From contig NC_057718.1 in assembly GCF_004010195.1 (NCBI RefSeq), positions 32,443,883 to 32,485,401 on the forward strand: a DNA stretch of 41,519 nucleotides, in the 5' to 3' direction. This stretch comes from Chiloscyllium plagiosum. Lineage: Eukaryota. The stretch's first letter is position 1. Each line of letters begins with the position of its first letter. Position numbers and translations under genes: made by a program. Shown here piece by piece: positions 1 through 11,591 of the stretch. Under the pieces are notes generated by a model. That model did not search any database. It was not told the DNA's origin and saw nothing but the letters and a program-made list of their open reading frames with translations.

Positions 1-597
1 CCCCAAGAGCACTAGCAAACCTCCCCCCAAGGATACTGGTGCCCCTCAGGTTCAGGTGTAGACCATCCTGTTTATAGAGGTTCCACCGTCCCCAGAAAGA
101 ACCCCAGTTATCCAAAAACTGGAATCCCTCCCTCCTGCACCATCCCTGTAGCCACACATTTAACTGTTCTCTCTCCCTATTCCTCGACTCTCTATCACGT
201 GGCACGGGTAACAAACCAGAGACAACACTCTGTTCGTTCTAACTCTGAGCTTCCAACCTAGCTCCCTGAAAGCCTGTCTAACATCCTCGGCACTCCTCCT
301 ACCTATGTCGCTGGTGCCAATATGGGCCACGACTTCGGGCTGCTCCCCCTCCCCCTCCAGGACCCGGAGGGTCCTTCGCGCTTTTAAAGGGGGAAAAAAC
401 CTACCCAGGTAAGCTTACACTAACTGCTTCCGTGTCTCGGCTGCCCCTCTGGTCGTCGTCACTTCCCCCTGGTGCTCCCGCTCTTTCTGTGAAGAGAGAG
501 AAAAAAAACACCGCTGCCCGCTACCGGTAAGCACTTTTAAAACCAAACGGTCTTACCTTCGCTGCTGCTCGCACTGGAAGTGCGAGCAGCAGCGAAG
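1..597 (-). mobile_element. CR1-clade LINE, 5' portion (putative 5'UTR joined to ORF1 SGNH-esterase domain), runs off the left edge
   Basis: Manual minus-strand translation of 1-350 gives EQPEVVAHIGTSDIG and SGLLPVPR...LNVWLQGWCRREGFQFLDNWGSFWGRWNLYKQDGLHLNLRGTSI, the HxGTND and DGLH blocks of the CR1 ORF1 esterase. 376-597 is CpG-rich non-coding sequence interpreted as 5'UTR. Confidence 0.8.
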
Positions 598-829
598 AGT
601 GGGATTTTGGTTTCAAGGTATGATTTGATTAATGTATTTATTGTTGCTGCTTGAAAGCTCTCCCAAATTTGGCACACCTCCCCAGATGATAATGTGGAAG
701 GGTTTATATGTTTGACTTGGGTTGGTTGTGCCTTTGTTGTTTCTCGTGTTTAGATCAATGCTGGAATGGCCAACTGATTTGATTCTCATCTGACTCTCCT
801 GTAGAAGGTGATACATTTGAGTGACTTTG

Positions 830-1092
830 GAGGCCATTAAGATTGGTGTGAATCTGGAATTACACACATGTGGGCCTGACTAAGTAAGGATAGCATCTTT
901 CCTCCATGTAGGACTTTGGTAAACCAAATTTGTATTTACATCAATCCAGCAGTTTCAGGGTCATTTTAATGTGACTGGCAACTTATTTGTATTTACTAAT
1001 TGATTGAATTTACATCTTCCCACCTAAGGTGGAATTGGAACTTACGTCTACAAAGTATTAGTCTGGCCTTTTGGATTACTAGTCTAGTAACT
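830..1092 (-). mobile_element. Degenerate tRNA-derived SINE
   Basis: Reverse complement starts GTTACTAGACTAGTAATCCAAAAGGCC...GTTCCAATTCC (decayed B-box-like). A similar head occurs on + at about 34515-34560. Family recognised from memory only. Confidence 0.5.
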
Positions 1093-1094
1093 AG

Positions 1095-1830
1095 CTCAAG
1101 ATGCAGCAAGATCTGGTCAACATTCAGGCTTGAACTGCTAAATGTCAAATCATCTTCCCGTTACATTCAACAGCACTGTATCACTGAATCTCCCACTATT
1201 AACATCCTGGGGGTTACTATTGTCCAGAAACTGAACTGGCTACAAGAGAAAGTCAGAGGCGAACAGTTCTGTGGAAGTAACTCACCTCCTAAATCCCTGG
1301 TGCCTGTCACTATCCAAAGGCACAAGTCAGGACTGTAATGGAATATTCTCCATGTCTTGGGTACAGCTCCAGCAAGACTTAACATCATCCAGAACAAAGC
1401 AGCCTGCATGATTGACACCCCATCCATCACATTAAATGTTACATTTGTCTGCCATTTAAACACAGTGAAAGCACTGTGCATCACCTAGAAACTGCAACGC
1501 AGCAACTCACCCAGGCCTCTTCAAAAACACCTTCTAAACCCTCTACAGCTCGAAGGACACAGGCAGCAGATACTTAGGAGCACCACAACCTGCAAGTTTG
1601 TCTCCAAACCACACACCATCCTATTTGGATCTATCTCCATATTCCTTCATTTTTGCTGGTTAAACTCCTGAAAATCATGTCCTAACAGTATGATGGGAAT
1701 GTCTAACATTGCCCCTGCCACCATGGAAGCCTCAGTTTAAGAAGGCCGCTCACAATCACCTCTTCAAGGGCAGTTAAGATTGAGAAATAAATGTTGGTTT
1801 GGCCAGCAACCTCAAGTGAATGAATCTAAA
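1095..1830 (+). mobile_element. Old CR1/L2-group LINE 3' fragment
   Basis: Similar to 17350-17800, 25034-25330, 37460-37570 and the reverse of 28600-29870. Residual peptide ITESPTINILGVTIVQKLNW resembles the region downstream of RT. Confidence 0.7.
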
Positions 1831-2195
1831 CAATGGACAAAATCTTCCCAGGCTTAATGACAAGATATTTATAATTATTGAGTGAGGTCTTTCTTGACAC
1901 TGGATACATGAAGTCACATTTTCCAACCAAGTTCTGGATGTTGAGATAAGATTCTTGCTAGTCAATGGTGAGAAACCCATTAACAAATGTTATCATTCAT
2001 TATTACTTAATTTTGCCTCATTAATATGCACTCCTATTCTACTTCTTGCCAAATAGAAACTAGATGCTAGGAACTCACAAAATGAAAGCCAGAACTGGTA
2101 ACTAGCAAGTTCGACTCACGGCTTGCTTATTTGGACCTCCATCTGGGTCACCCAGCACCCATATTTCAGTGTACACTCCATGGGTAGCGGCTGCT

Positions 2196-2243
2196 TGCAC
2201 CCTCACATTCATGCACCCTCACATTCATGCACCCTCACATTCA
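2196..2243 (+). repeat. Tandem repeat, 3 x 16 bp TGCACCCTCACATTCA
   Basis: Three exact copies at 2196, 2212 and 2228. Confidence 0.97.
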
Positions 2244-2746
2244 TGGACCTTGGCATCTGACAGGTACTGCCCTCGCTGCACCCTCATGGCATATTTCTGA
2301 TCCACTTATAGTTTGCATCTGCACTTCATTGCCTCACTTTGGGGCTCACCAGCCCCTATCATGTAATGCTACTGCAGAGACACTGTACCTGCTTAGACAG
2401 ACACCCAGCTCAAGGAAATGGACCAGGCTGCTTAACGTTTACTAAATCTGAGCTCATCACCTCTACCTTGCCACGCTTTGTTGTGCTTTGGCCCTTCAGC
2501 CAGGCCTTAAAGGATCACAGTTAGTCATGAGCAGCCTTCGATGCTTGGGCACAGGCATTCAGCATCCCAGGATGGTCAGGGTTGGGATCTATTCCTCATA
2601 GATGGTGAGGAGCCCATTGTTGGGCACCCCTTCCCCCATCTTGATTTTCTGTTGTAGGATGTTTTTTCCTAGAATAGAGGAACTTAGTGAGATGAATCTG
2701 GGTGGCATGGCTGCACATGCTAGGGTAGGTGAGGGTAGGCAAATGC

Positions 2747-3366
2747 TGTCACAAAGCTGGTCCTTTTTTTAAAAGCTGTTCCTTTTCTCAAGGATACTGT
2801 GTTCTTGATTTTTTTCAGAGTGGTCATAAAACCCTTTAGCCTCCGAAGTGTCTATTTTGGTACAAGTTTGAGAAAGGATTTTGAGAGGCCTTTTGATTAT
2901 ATGTAAACAGATGAGACTTCAGGCCAAAGTGGTCACATTTTAGAAGTGACTTGTACAATGAAAAGGGAGTGGTCAGTTCTCAAAGCTGAGCAGTTCAGTC
3001 CAGAACAAATTAGGAATTCAGCTGTGTAGAAACAGGCTGCTAGACTCTCTATCTGGCTTCAACCTGGAAGCATTGGTTACATTTTTACTGTGTTTCGGGA
3101 TTTGCTTATTGGAACTGTTGTGTATATTTGGAACAACATAGTTAAGTCTAGTTTGGATAGATTAAGTTCAGTAGGGGTTTATTCTGTTGTTTGTGTTTCA
3201 TTGTGTAATTTTGTGAATAAATTTCTTTCTGTTTTAAAACCTGGTAGTCAGCCTAGCTAACTTACTCCGGGTAATTTTCACTGTACACTTACCAAAACAA
3301 ATTCCAATGTTATGGTCTTGGCTGCCTGCTTAAGAATGTTTTGAGTGGCCTGGCTTATCCAGAACA
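2747..3366 (+). mobile_element. Solo LTR (Gypsy/ERV-like), 620 bp
   Basis: Begins TGTCAC and ends GAACA, flanked by 4-bp direct repeat ATGC (2743-2746, 3367-3370); AATAAA at 3216-3221. Confidence 0.75.
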
Positions 3367-4027
3367 ATGCTCAGAGGCCATGTTGGGTTAGTCATGTGCA
3401 GGAATTGAGTGATGTGGAGGAACTGAGTGATTAAGGGTAAGTGAAGGAATATGTTGCATGCTTTAGTGAGAATGATAGAATATGAGCCTACATAAGCAGA
3501 GATAGAGTGAATGTGAGCTCGCAGAGAGAAAATTGTAGCACCTATCGTGGTGGAGTGGAAAAGATCATGGATTCTTGCTTCACTGTTGGGTATTCCATCT
3601 GTTACCTGCACTGATCTGGGTGGTCATGTCAGAGCAGGATGGCTGGGTCTGGGGTTGTGACCTCTTTGTCTGCTCTGGGGAAAACAGTATCCTTCTCCTG
3701 CACTGCCCACCCCACCAACATCTCCACGGTTGCAGTTTCTCCTCATTTATTGTGTTGAAGGAAAGTGTCATGAACTGTGCAGGACAGCTCCAGACTGAAA
3801 GCACTCGATCGGGTGCACAGTGGCCTTTTAAAGATGGCACTACTGCCAGGTATCCTGGGATATGCCAATCTTAGGGAATATGTCTGGCTGTGACGAGGAG
3901 GAAAATCAGGCTAGCAGTGGCTAAGAAGGGCACTGTAATGGCTTAGTGGGTTGCTAATAAGGCAAGGTTGGGATGTTAGTGTAGGAAAACTCACTGTGCC
4001 TCACAAAATCCAGCAAAAGTGACATTT

Positions 4028-4175
4028 ATAGAGTCTCAGAGTCACACAGCACAGAAATAGACCATTCAGTCCAACCCGTCCATGCTGACCATGTTTCCAA
4101 AACTAAACTAATCCTATTTACTTGTGTTTGGCCCATATCCTCTCAACCTTTCCTATTCATATGCCTATCCAAATT
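4028..4175 (-). mobile_element. CR1 LINE 3' tail fragment
   Basis: Similar to 37675-37850, 38270-38466 and the reverse of 20496-20697. Confidence 0.8.
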
Positions 4176-6235
4176 AACCAAAATATGGGAAGATACAGCC
4201 TTTTGTTATAGCCCCTCCTAATTAGAATTAGAAGGAGAATACCTCAGACTGCTGTCATCACCTCTTGAGTACCAATTACATCGTAGTATTGTTCAGCTTC
4301 CTTCTACTTTGTGGTATATCACCCATAGTGGGTATGAGGAGAACAGTTTAAAACACTAACATTTATGGCACCAGTACTGAACTTGTTAGACCATTTGGAA
4401 GGTCTGTATTTCAGGAATTTTTCTACTGGCTAATTCACAATCCTCTGTCACTGGGGGCTGTACCTATTTCATTCAGTAATTATCAAATTCAATTAATTTA
4501 ATAAAACTAATGCAGTTGAATTCATTTTCGTGATTGGTTGCTGTGTACAACAAAGCACATCAGAAAGTTCTTCATGCATTCAAATTGCTGAATTGGAATA
4601 CTAATGTAAATCTTCCATTATCATTCCATCTCAGACTTTCATTCCACCATTTTATAAGAGCCAAATATTGTATAATCCTAATTAGAAGGCAGGAAATGTT
4701 TATTGAAGTTTTCTTTGGGTGGAGACAGCCTCTGTAATTTTAGGTACAGTTAAACAAACTTCTCTTTCATCCTGTTTAAATTCTACTGAATGATTATAAA
4801 ATAGTTTCTGAGATGGCATGCGTGGAATTCTGGGAACACAAATAAGTTTTAAAACATATGTCGGGCTAAATAATGAAGTCATCTTCTCTGACCTAGGCCA
4901 CGGGACAATTTGCAAATTGTTCTATAAAACCTGTTTGACTTTCCATATTTTTATATCTGGCATTCAAATTATTTCCGCATCAGCTGAATTGGCCAGTGCC
5001 TCAGTGAAGTTGAGACCGGGCCTCACAAACCCAGAAATGTCCAGATTAACTGATCTCGCTGAACATGACAATAAGGGACAGTTATTGGCGTGAGTGTCCC
5101 ACATTCAAGAAGGAAGCAGAAAGATCGCTCAGTATTCAAATGTAGTTGTAAACTCCAGTGCAATCTGCACTTTTAACAAACCTCAAAGCGTAAAATAAGT
5201 CATTTTCTGAGTCGGCCATTTTAAGTATTTCATGCTTATAGAAAACATTGAGAATCAATAGTTTGTCTTTTAGTTTTCATATACTTTCTGTATTAGGATT
5301 TAGTCATTGCTGCTTGACTCAATGTTTTCCTTTGATAACTTTCATATATTTCCATCATTATTGAAACAAAGCTGCTAGCATTTGACAGGGGCATTTGGTT
5401 GGCACCTTGAGATGTCTTTGATCATCCAGCACTCAAGATACATAGGGACAGCAGACAAATTCATCTCTAAACTGCCTAAGAAAATACCATCACAGGGGTC
5501 ATCCCCGTTAAGTACAATCAGCAGGATTGGTGAGGAGCTGCCCCACCAATCACTTCTGGGCTTGCTGCTGAGAGGCTCACCAATGAAGAGAGGAAACAGC
5601 CTTATTGGAGGAGCAGCGAGCAGTTAGGAAAGTGAGTGGCAGAAGTGGGGGTGTCATCGGGAGCTATTTGCCAAAGCCGGATGAGTTTCTGTTGCTGGTG
5701 AAATGGGAGGTGGGATATTGCCATTTGCCGAGCTGGCCCTTCATTGGGGCCAGGGGAGTCTCTCTGCTGGGAATTCCATCTGGTAGGTCCAGGGAAAGGG
5801 TGCATTGGAACATATGGATTAAAGCAGGATTAGGCCACTCAGCCTCTTGAACCCATTCTGTCACTCAGTAAAATCAATGGTTGAACTCATTCCAACACAT
5901 TCTCATTGACCCTCAATAATCTTTCAACCCTTTCATATCAAGAATCTACCTACCTTGGCCTTAAAATATTTGAAGTCTCCATCAACTTTTGATGAAGAGT
6001 TCCAAAGACTCTGTATGAGAGAAAAAATATCTCCTATCTCTCTCTTACGTAGGCTGTCACTCATTTTTAGACAGTGGCCTGTAGCTCTAGATATTCCCAC
6101 AAAGGAAACATCCGTGACGAGACCTTATCAGGATTGTGCATGTTTCCATCAACCTACCTCATGCTGCTAAACTCCTGTGGGGACAAGCCTAGTCTGTTCA
6201 ACCTTCCTTCAAAGGAGAAGGTATCCATTCCAGGT

Positions 6236-6366
6236 CATGATTCGGAGATGCCGGTGTTGGACTGGGGTGTACAATCACCTGATGAAGGAGCGTCGCTCCG
6301 AAAGCTAGTGTGCTTCCAATTAAACCTGTTGGACTATAACCTGGTGTTGTGTGATTTTTAACTTTG
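6236..6366 (+). mobile_element. 131-bp Penelope-like (PLE) terminal mini-insert with inverted head and hammerhead motif
   Basis: 12-bp TSD TCCATTCCAGGT (6224-6235, 6367-6378). 6236-6273 is the reverse complement of the element end seen at about 18567-18604. Confidence 0.85.
6276..6310 (+). ncRNA. Minimal hammerhead ribozyme motif (AGCT-palindrome type)
   Basis: CAC-CTGATGA-A-GGAGC/GTC/GCTCC-GAAA-GC-TA-GTG: conserved core, stem II, stem I CAC/GTG, palindromic rudimentary stem III. Confidence 0.8.
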
Positions 6367-6438
6367 TCCATTCCAGGTATTAACCAAATTTAAAAATCAC
6401 TCAACACCGGGTTATAATCCAACAGGTTTATTTGGAAG

Positions 6439-6470
6439 CACTAGCTTTCAGAGCAATGCTCCTTCATCAG
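6439..6470 (-). ncRNA. Minimal hammerhead ribozyme motif
   Basis: Reverse complement CTGATGA-A-GGAGC/ATT/GCTCT-GAAA-GC-TA-GTG. Confidence 0.7.
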
Positions 6471-7049
6471 ATAGCTGTGGAAGAGGATCATAAGACACCA
6501 AATTTATAGCAAAAGATTACAGTGTCATGCAGCTGAACCAAACCGAGATTGCTGTAAAGTCTTTCATGGTTTAGAATGGGTTGCAGGTGTTGATTCATTA
6601 ATATGTAAATCACAGAACTTCTTTTAAGTCACATTCTCAAGATAACTTAATATTTAATAAAAACAAGGTGACATCTCAGCTCAGACAATGTATTAAAGGT
6701 GTGAGGTTAGAGTCTGTATCCCAATCTTGAGTCAGACTGGTTCTATTTCCAAAGTAGGAATTTATAAAGTATTACATGGATTGACTGCCTGCAGGTTGTG
6801 TGCTTCTTGAGCAAAATAGAATGTATCTGCAAATATAATTCTGCAAATGCAAATTGTGCAGTCTTTGCAAGCAGTCAATCCATGTAATATTTTATAAATT
6901 CCCCCTACTTTGGAAATAGAACCAAATTAGGACACAGACAGACTCTAACCTTTAGTGTATTGTCTGACTTGGATGTCACCTTTTTTTAATAAAACCTTGC
7001 TATAAATTTGCTATAAATTCAGTATCTTATGATCCTCTTCCACAGTTAC

Positions 7050-7081
7050 CTGATGAAGGAGCAGCGCTCTGAAAGCTAGTG
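7050..7081 (+). ncRNA. Minimal hammerhead ribozyme motif
   Basis: CTGATGA-A-GGAGC/AGC/GCTCT-GAAA-GC-TA-GTG. Confidence 0.7.
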
Positions 7082-7459
7082 CTTCCAAATAAACCTGTTG
7101 GATTACAACCTGGTGTTTTGTGATTTTCTTTTATATAATATATTTTTATTAAGAAAAAATAGATTTTTAAATATTACAACAAAAACAAAACAATGCAATT
7201 CAAAACAGTACAAAAATAGTACAAAACTAAACCCAAATAATAAAATAAAATCCCCCAACCCACCTTCCTATACGAATGTATAAACATATATAGAGAAATA
7301 TAAAATTTAAAAAAAACTAAACTAGCTACTTAATTAACTAAATAAATACCTAACAACAAACAAATAAATAGTAATAACTCAGCCCAGCCCAACAAAACAC
7401 TCATACATTCACAGTTCCTCCTCCCTGGATATTGGACTCATGAAACACAATCGTTGCAG

Positions 7460-10170
7460 CTATATAAAGGCCCTTGTTAGTGTGGCAGATAAATCTGTGT
7501 CCAGGTATTTCAAAAAGGGTTGCCATGTCTTGTAAAGATTCTCAGTTTTGTGGTGTACCATATTTGTGAGAAAATCCAGAGGAATATGCTCCATAACAAT
7601 CTTCCACCAACCCTGGGGGGTTTTCTGATATCCAACCTAGCAAGATATTCTTCCTTGCACAGAATGTAAGAATATTGAAAAGTTTTGCCTTATGCGAGTC
7701 TACAGGAAATATAATGGGTAGGCCCAAAAGGAGCGAAATAGGGTCCTTCTCCACCCGTACACCTAAAATCCTCTCCATTGCACCCATCACAGCGCTCCAA
7801 TATGTTTGAAGCCTGTCACAAGACCAAAGACAATGGGTAAGAGTACCCGCAGAGACCTTGCACTTGGGGCATGCTGAAGATACCCTTGGTTTAAATTTTG
7901 ACAAACGGTCTAGGGTTAAGTGGACCCTGTGGAGAATCTTCAACTGTAAAGCATGGGTCCTATTGCAAATTGATATCTTCCTTGCATTCTCCCAAATATC
8001 CTCCCATGTCTCTGAAGAAACTTCAACATCCAGCTCTCTTTCCCACATCTTGCAGAATCGATCAGACTCATCTGAGGTGGCACCCCCCAATTGGTGATAT
8101 AGAGTACTGACAGAGAGTGTATTCTTAGCCCTTAGTACCACTCTTTCTATGTCAGATTTGTAGGGATCAGTCAAAAGTGAACGGGGACAGCCCTGCCGGC
8201 TACCCCTAGAAATATTAAAATTGCTTGATCATACCCCGTTGGTAATGGCCGCAGCGAGAGGTACACTATAGAGAACCTTTACCCATCTTATGAAAACTTC
8301 GCCCAGACCAAACCGGTCTAGAGTATAGAAAAGGTACGGCCACTCAACTCGGTCAAATGCCTTTTCTGCATCTAAAGAAATCACCAATTCCTGTATTGAC
8401 TGCTGCTGGCATGCTTGAATTACGTTAAGCAGCCTCCTAACGTTATTGGAGGATCTGCGACCCTTAATGAAGCCCGTCTGATCCTTTTTAATAATAGAGG
8501 GTAACACAGTCTCCAGCCTTAATGCAATAGCCTTCGAAAGGATCTTAAAGTCCACATTTAAGACCGAGATGGGCCTGTATGAAGCACAGTCTTCCGGATC
8601 CTTCTCTTTTTTAAGGATAAGTGAAATATTGGCCTCTCTCAGAGATGGTGGAGACAAACATGACTGTATGAATCATTAAACATATTCAGCATCAGGCGTG
8701 ACAGTATACTTATAAATTCCTTATAGAATTCACTGGGAAATCCATCAGGACCGGGTGCGTTTCCACTCTGAAGCTGCCTCACAAATCCTGCACCTCTTGC
8801 TCTGATAATGGGGCATTGAGAAAGGACTGTTGTTCGGGAGTCACACCCGGGAGCTTCAGATCTCTAAAAAAGGATTCCATTTTTGCCTGCCCCTCCTCAC
8901 AATTCTCAGACTGATATAATTTAGAGTAGAATCTCTGGAACGCCACATTAATCTTTTTAGAATCACATGTTAGGTTCCCAGACCCTTCCCTAATCGCTGT
9001 AATGGTTTGTGGGGCACTTCTCTTTCTGGCAAGGTATGCTAAGTATTTGCCTGGCTTGTCACCATGCTCATATAACCTTTGCTTTGCAAAAGCCAGCTCC
9101 TTCTTTGCCGTCTGCGTGAGCACGGAATTTAGTGCAGACCGCAGTGCCGTAATCCTCTGTAGTTTGACCAACGAGGGTCTGTCAAAATAGGCCTTCTCGG
9201 CTGACTTCAACCGTGCTTCAAGGAGACGTTGCTGTTCACCCTTCTGCTGTTTCCTACTTGTGGAATATGAAATAATTAACCCTCTGGCATAAGCTTTGGC
9301 AGTTTCCCAGAGAACAAATGAGCTATCAACTGAGCCTATATTGATGCCTAGGAATGCCCGAAATTCCCTAGAGAAATACTCCACAAACTTGCTGTCCATG
9401 AGAATAAAGGGGTCCATTCGCCAGTACCTTGAATCCACGATAACATCCTTAATTTTAACCATGAGGTACACTGGAGCATGATCAGAGATGGCAATATTAC
9501 CAATCGTACAGGATGCCACCAGATCCAGGGTTACCGCAGGGGTCAGAAAAAAATCAATCCTCGTGTGACATCTGTGCGGATTGGAGAAAAACGTGAAATC
9601 CCTACCTGTAGGGTGGATACACCTCCAGACGTCCACCAACCCTAATTCCCCACTCAAACCCAATAACTGTTTAGTTTATGCAGAGGGTATCGAGGGACCT
9701 TTAGGCAACCTGTCTACTGTGGGGTCCATGAGGCAGTTAAAATCTCCCCCTATACTGATGTGCCGAGACTTGAGACTTATCAGTTTAGAAAAAGCATCTA
9801 CCAAGAATTTAAAAGGATGAGCTGGGGGACAATAAACATTTAAAATGCCATATTCTTCCCCATTTATCAAAGCTTTTAGAATTACAAATCTCCCGTATGT
9901 GTCTTTAACACATTCCAACAATTTAAATGAGAGATTTTTCCTAACCAATATAGCCACTCCCCTACTTCTGGTATTAAATGATGAAAAATAAACTCAGTCA
10001 AAGCCATTCTGCTGTAATTTCAGATGGTCCTTGTCATCCAAATGTGTCTCCTGTAACAAAGCAATACCCACCTTCTCCTTTCTAAGACTCAAGGGTACCT
10101 TCTTCCTCTTAACTGGTGAGTGACTTCCCTTGATATTCCAGGTACACCATTTAATCAAATCATTAGCCAT
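7460..10170 (-). pseudogene. L1 ORF2 (APE endonuclease, reverse transcriptase, Cys-rich C terminus), disrupted
   Basis: Motifs TWNIKG, LLQETH, GGDFN, RIDFFL, SDHAPV (EN); YRPIS, LDAEKAFDRVEW, RQGCP (RT); CPKC...HCLWSC. In-frame stops at 9994-9996, 9676-9678 and 8229-8231, frameshifts near 8660-8790 and 7615, and no YADD motif. Confidence 0.93.
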
Positions 10171-10760
10171 AATCTGCTGCAATTACATTTAAATTCCAGA
10201 GAGGAGGAACCCGAACCACAAATTGCTCAGCCTTAGTGTTGCATGATCCACCAAATATAAAAACTACATAAACTAAAACCACTACATTTAACAAACATAC
10301 AAAATTATTAAAAATAAAAAACAACAAAAACCAGAAAACAAACCAACATATAAAGCTCCAATAGCGCTGAGTAGGGGAACTCACCCCCTGCCCGGAGGGG
10401 GCAACTACCCATCCTGAACTGCCCATAAATAGGCATCTAACCATCTCAACCACCTTCACTTCTCCCAGCTAGAGCCGCATCGCAAGCACAAGCTAAAAAG
10501 AATAAACACCCCATAGAATATCAATATGAAAAAAAAACATTCTTTTATAAAAGAAAGGGGAATAAATACCCCACCCATCTTTTGGTATGTCCTAACTTAG
10601 AAATTTAAAATGTACATCTTAACCACCGCCAGACATAGTTTGAACCAAATTATTATCAGTAGAGGTTAAAAAAAAGGGGAAAAACAAAGCTCCAACTGGA
10701 TTTCCTCAATTTCTTTTACAGAATGATAAACGCATACCCAAGCAACAATATTTATACATA

Positions 10761-11591
10761 CTACAATGGTTTAACTAAGGTTAGTTTGTCCACAAAGTCT
10801 CTTGCCTTCTCCGATGTGTGAAAGAGATGCATAGATCCATCTAAGGTGATCCGAAGTACTGCCGGATATCTCAGGGAGTACTGAATCCCAAGCTCCTTCA
10901 GTCTTCTCTTGACACCATCATACGATTTTTGTTTCTGGATCATCGCCGCTGAAAAGTCCTGAAAAAACATGATCTTAGACCCCTCGTAAATTAGGGCCTT
11001 TGGATCCTTCCCCTGGAGTCTGGAAGCCTCCATGACTCTCTCCTTATCCCGGCAATGATGGAACCGCACCAGGAAAGGACGAGGGCATTGACGCAGACCT
11101 GACCTCTGTGCTACGACCTGGTGAGCCCTCTCTATCTTCAATCCTCTCATGCCAGTCTCCAAGCCAAGGAATTTCAGAAGCCAATCTTTAACAAATTCCG
11201 CAGGCCGCTCACTTTCCTTACCCTCAGGCAGACCAATGATCCGAATGTTTTTTCTCCTGCCCCTGTTTTCAAGGTCATCCACTTGGTCACGCAAATTACG
11301 AACCTGCGTCTTCAGGGCTTGGATCTCTTCCTTGAATGAACTGGCATCAGCTTCCACCACTGTGACCCTGTGATCCACCTCATCCGTCCTCTTCTCCAGG
11401 TCTCCCAGCTGCTGCTCATGCTTGTGCAGCATGAGAGAGACTGGAGCCAACTTATCTTCAATCTGTTTACCCAACATCTCGGTAGATTTCGGGAGCTGGT
11501 TCACCAGGTCCAGAAGAGTAATCTGCTCTGAGGCTGCTGCAGGCTGAGCTGCAGGCCCGGCCTCAGATGCTCCTCCTCCCTTTTTAGGCAT
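10761..11591 (-). CDS. L1 ORF1p (coiled coil + RRM + CTD), open 276 aa
   Basis: Heptad coiled coil, DLENRGRRKNIRIIGLPE, IERAH, PRPFLVRF, FFQDFS, YPAVL motifs. Confidence 0.92.
   Translation of the reverse strand: MPKKGGGASEAGPAAQPAAASEQITLLDLVNQLPKSTEMLGKQIEDKLAPVSLMLHKHEQQLGDLEKRTDEVDHRVTVVEADASSFKEEIQALKTQVRNLRDQVDDLENRGRRKNIRIIGLPEGKESERPAEFVKDWLLKFLGLETGMRGLKIERAHQVVAQRSGLRQCPRPFLVRFHHCRDKERVMEASRLQGKDPKALIYEGSKIMFFQDFSAAMIQKQKSYDGVKRRLKELGIQYSLRYPAVLRITLDGSMHLFHTSEKARDFVDKLTLVKPL

Larger units (their letters stand above)
1835..4200 (-). mobile_element. Possible highly degenerate PIF/Harbinger-type DNA transposon derivative
   Basis: Weak terminal inverted repeats sharing ATCTTCCCA (1835-1850 vs 4186-4200). 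The minus-strand peptide near 3580-3720 (RRRILF...ISAGNRWNTQQ) loosely resembles a Myb/SANT-like domain. Confidence 0.3.
6385..7127. mobile_element. Fold-back (head-to-head) PLE-derived element; right end continues at 11789-11830 after the L1 insertion
   Basis: 6881-7127 is an imperfect reverse complement of 6385-6790 with deletions. Each arm carries a hammerhead motif. The terminus ...GTGATTTTTAACTTTGT(G/A)CACCCCAGTC resumes right of the L1. Confidence 0.8.

Noticed and set aside
2196..2243. CRISPR-like array
   Set aside because: Repeats are directly tandem with no spacers, in eukaryotic context.
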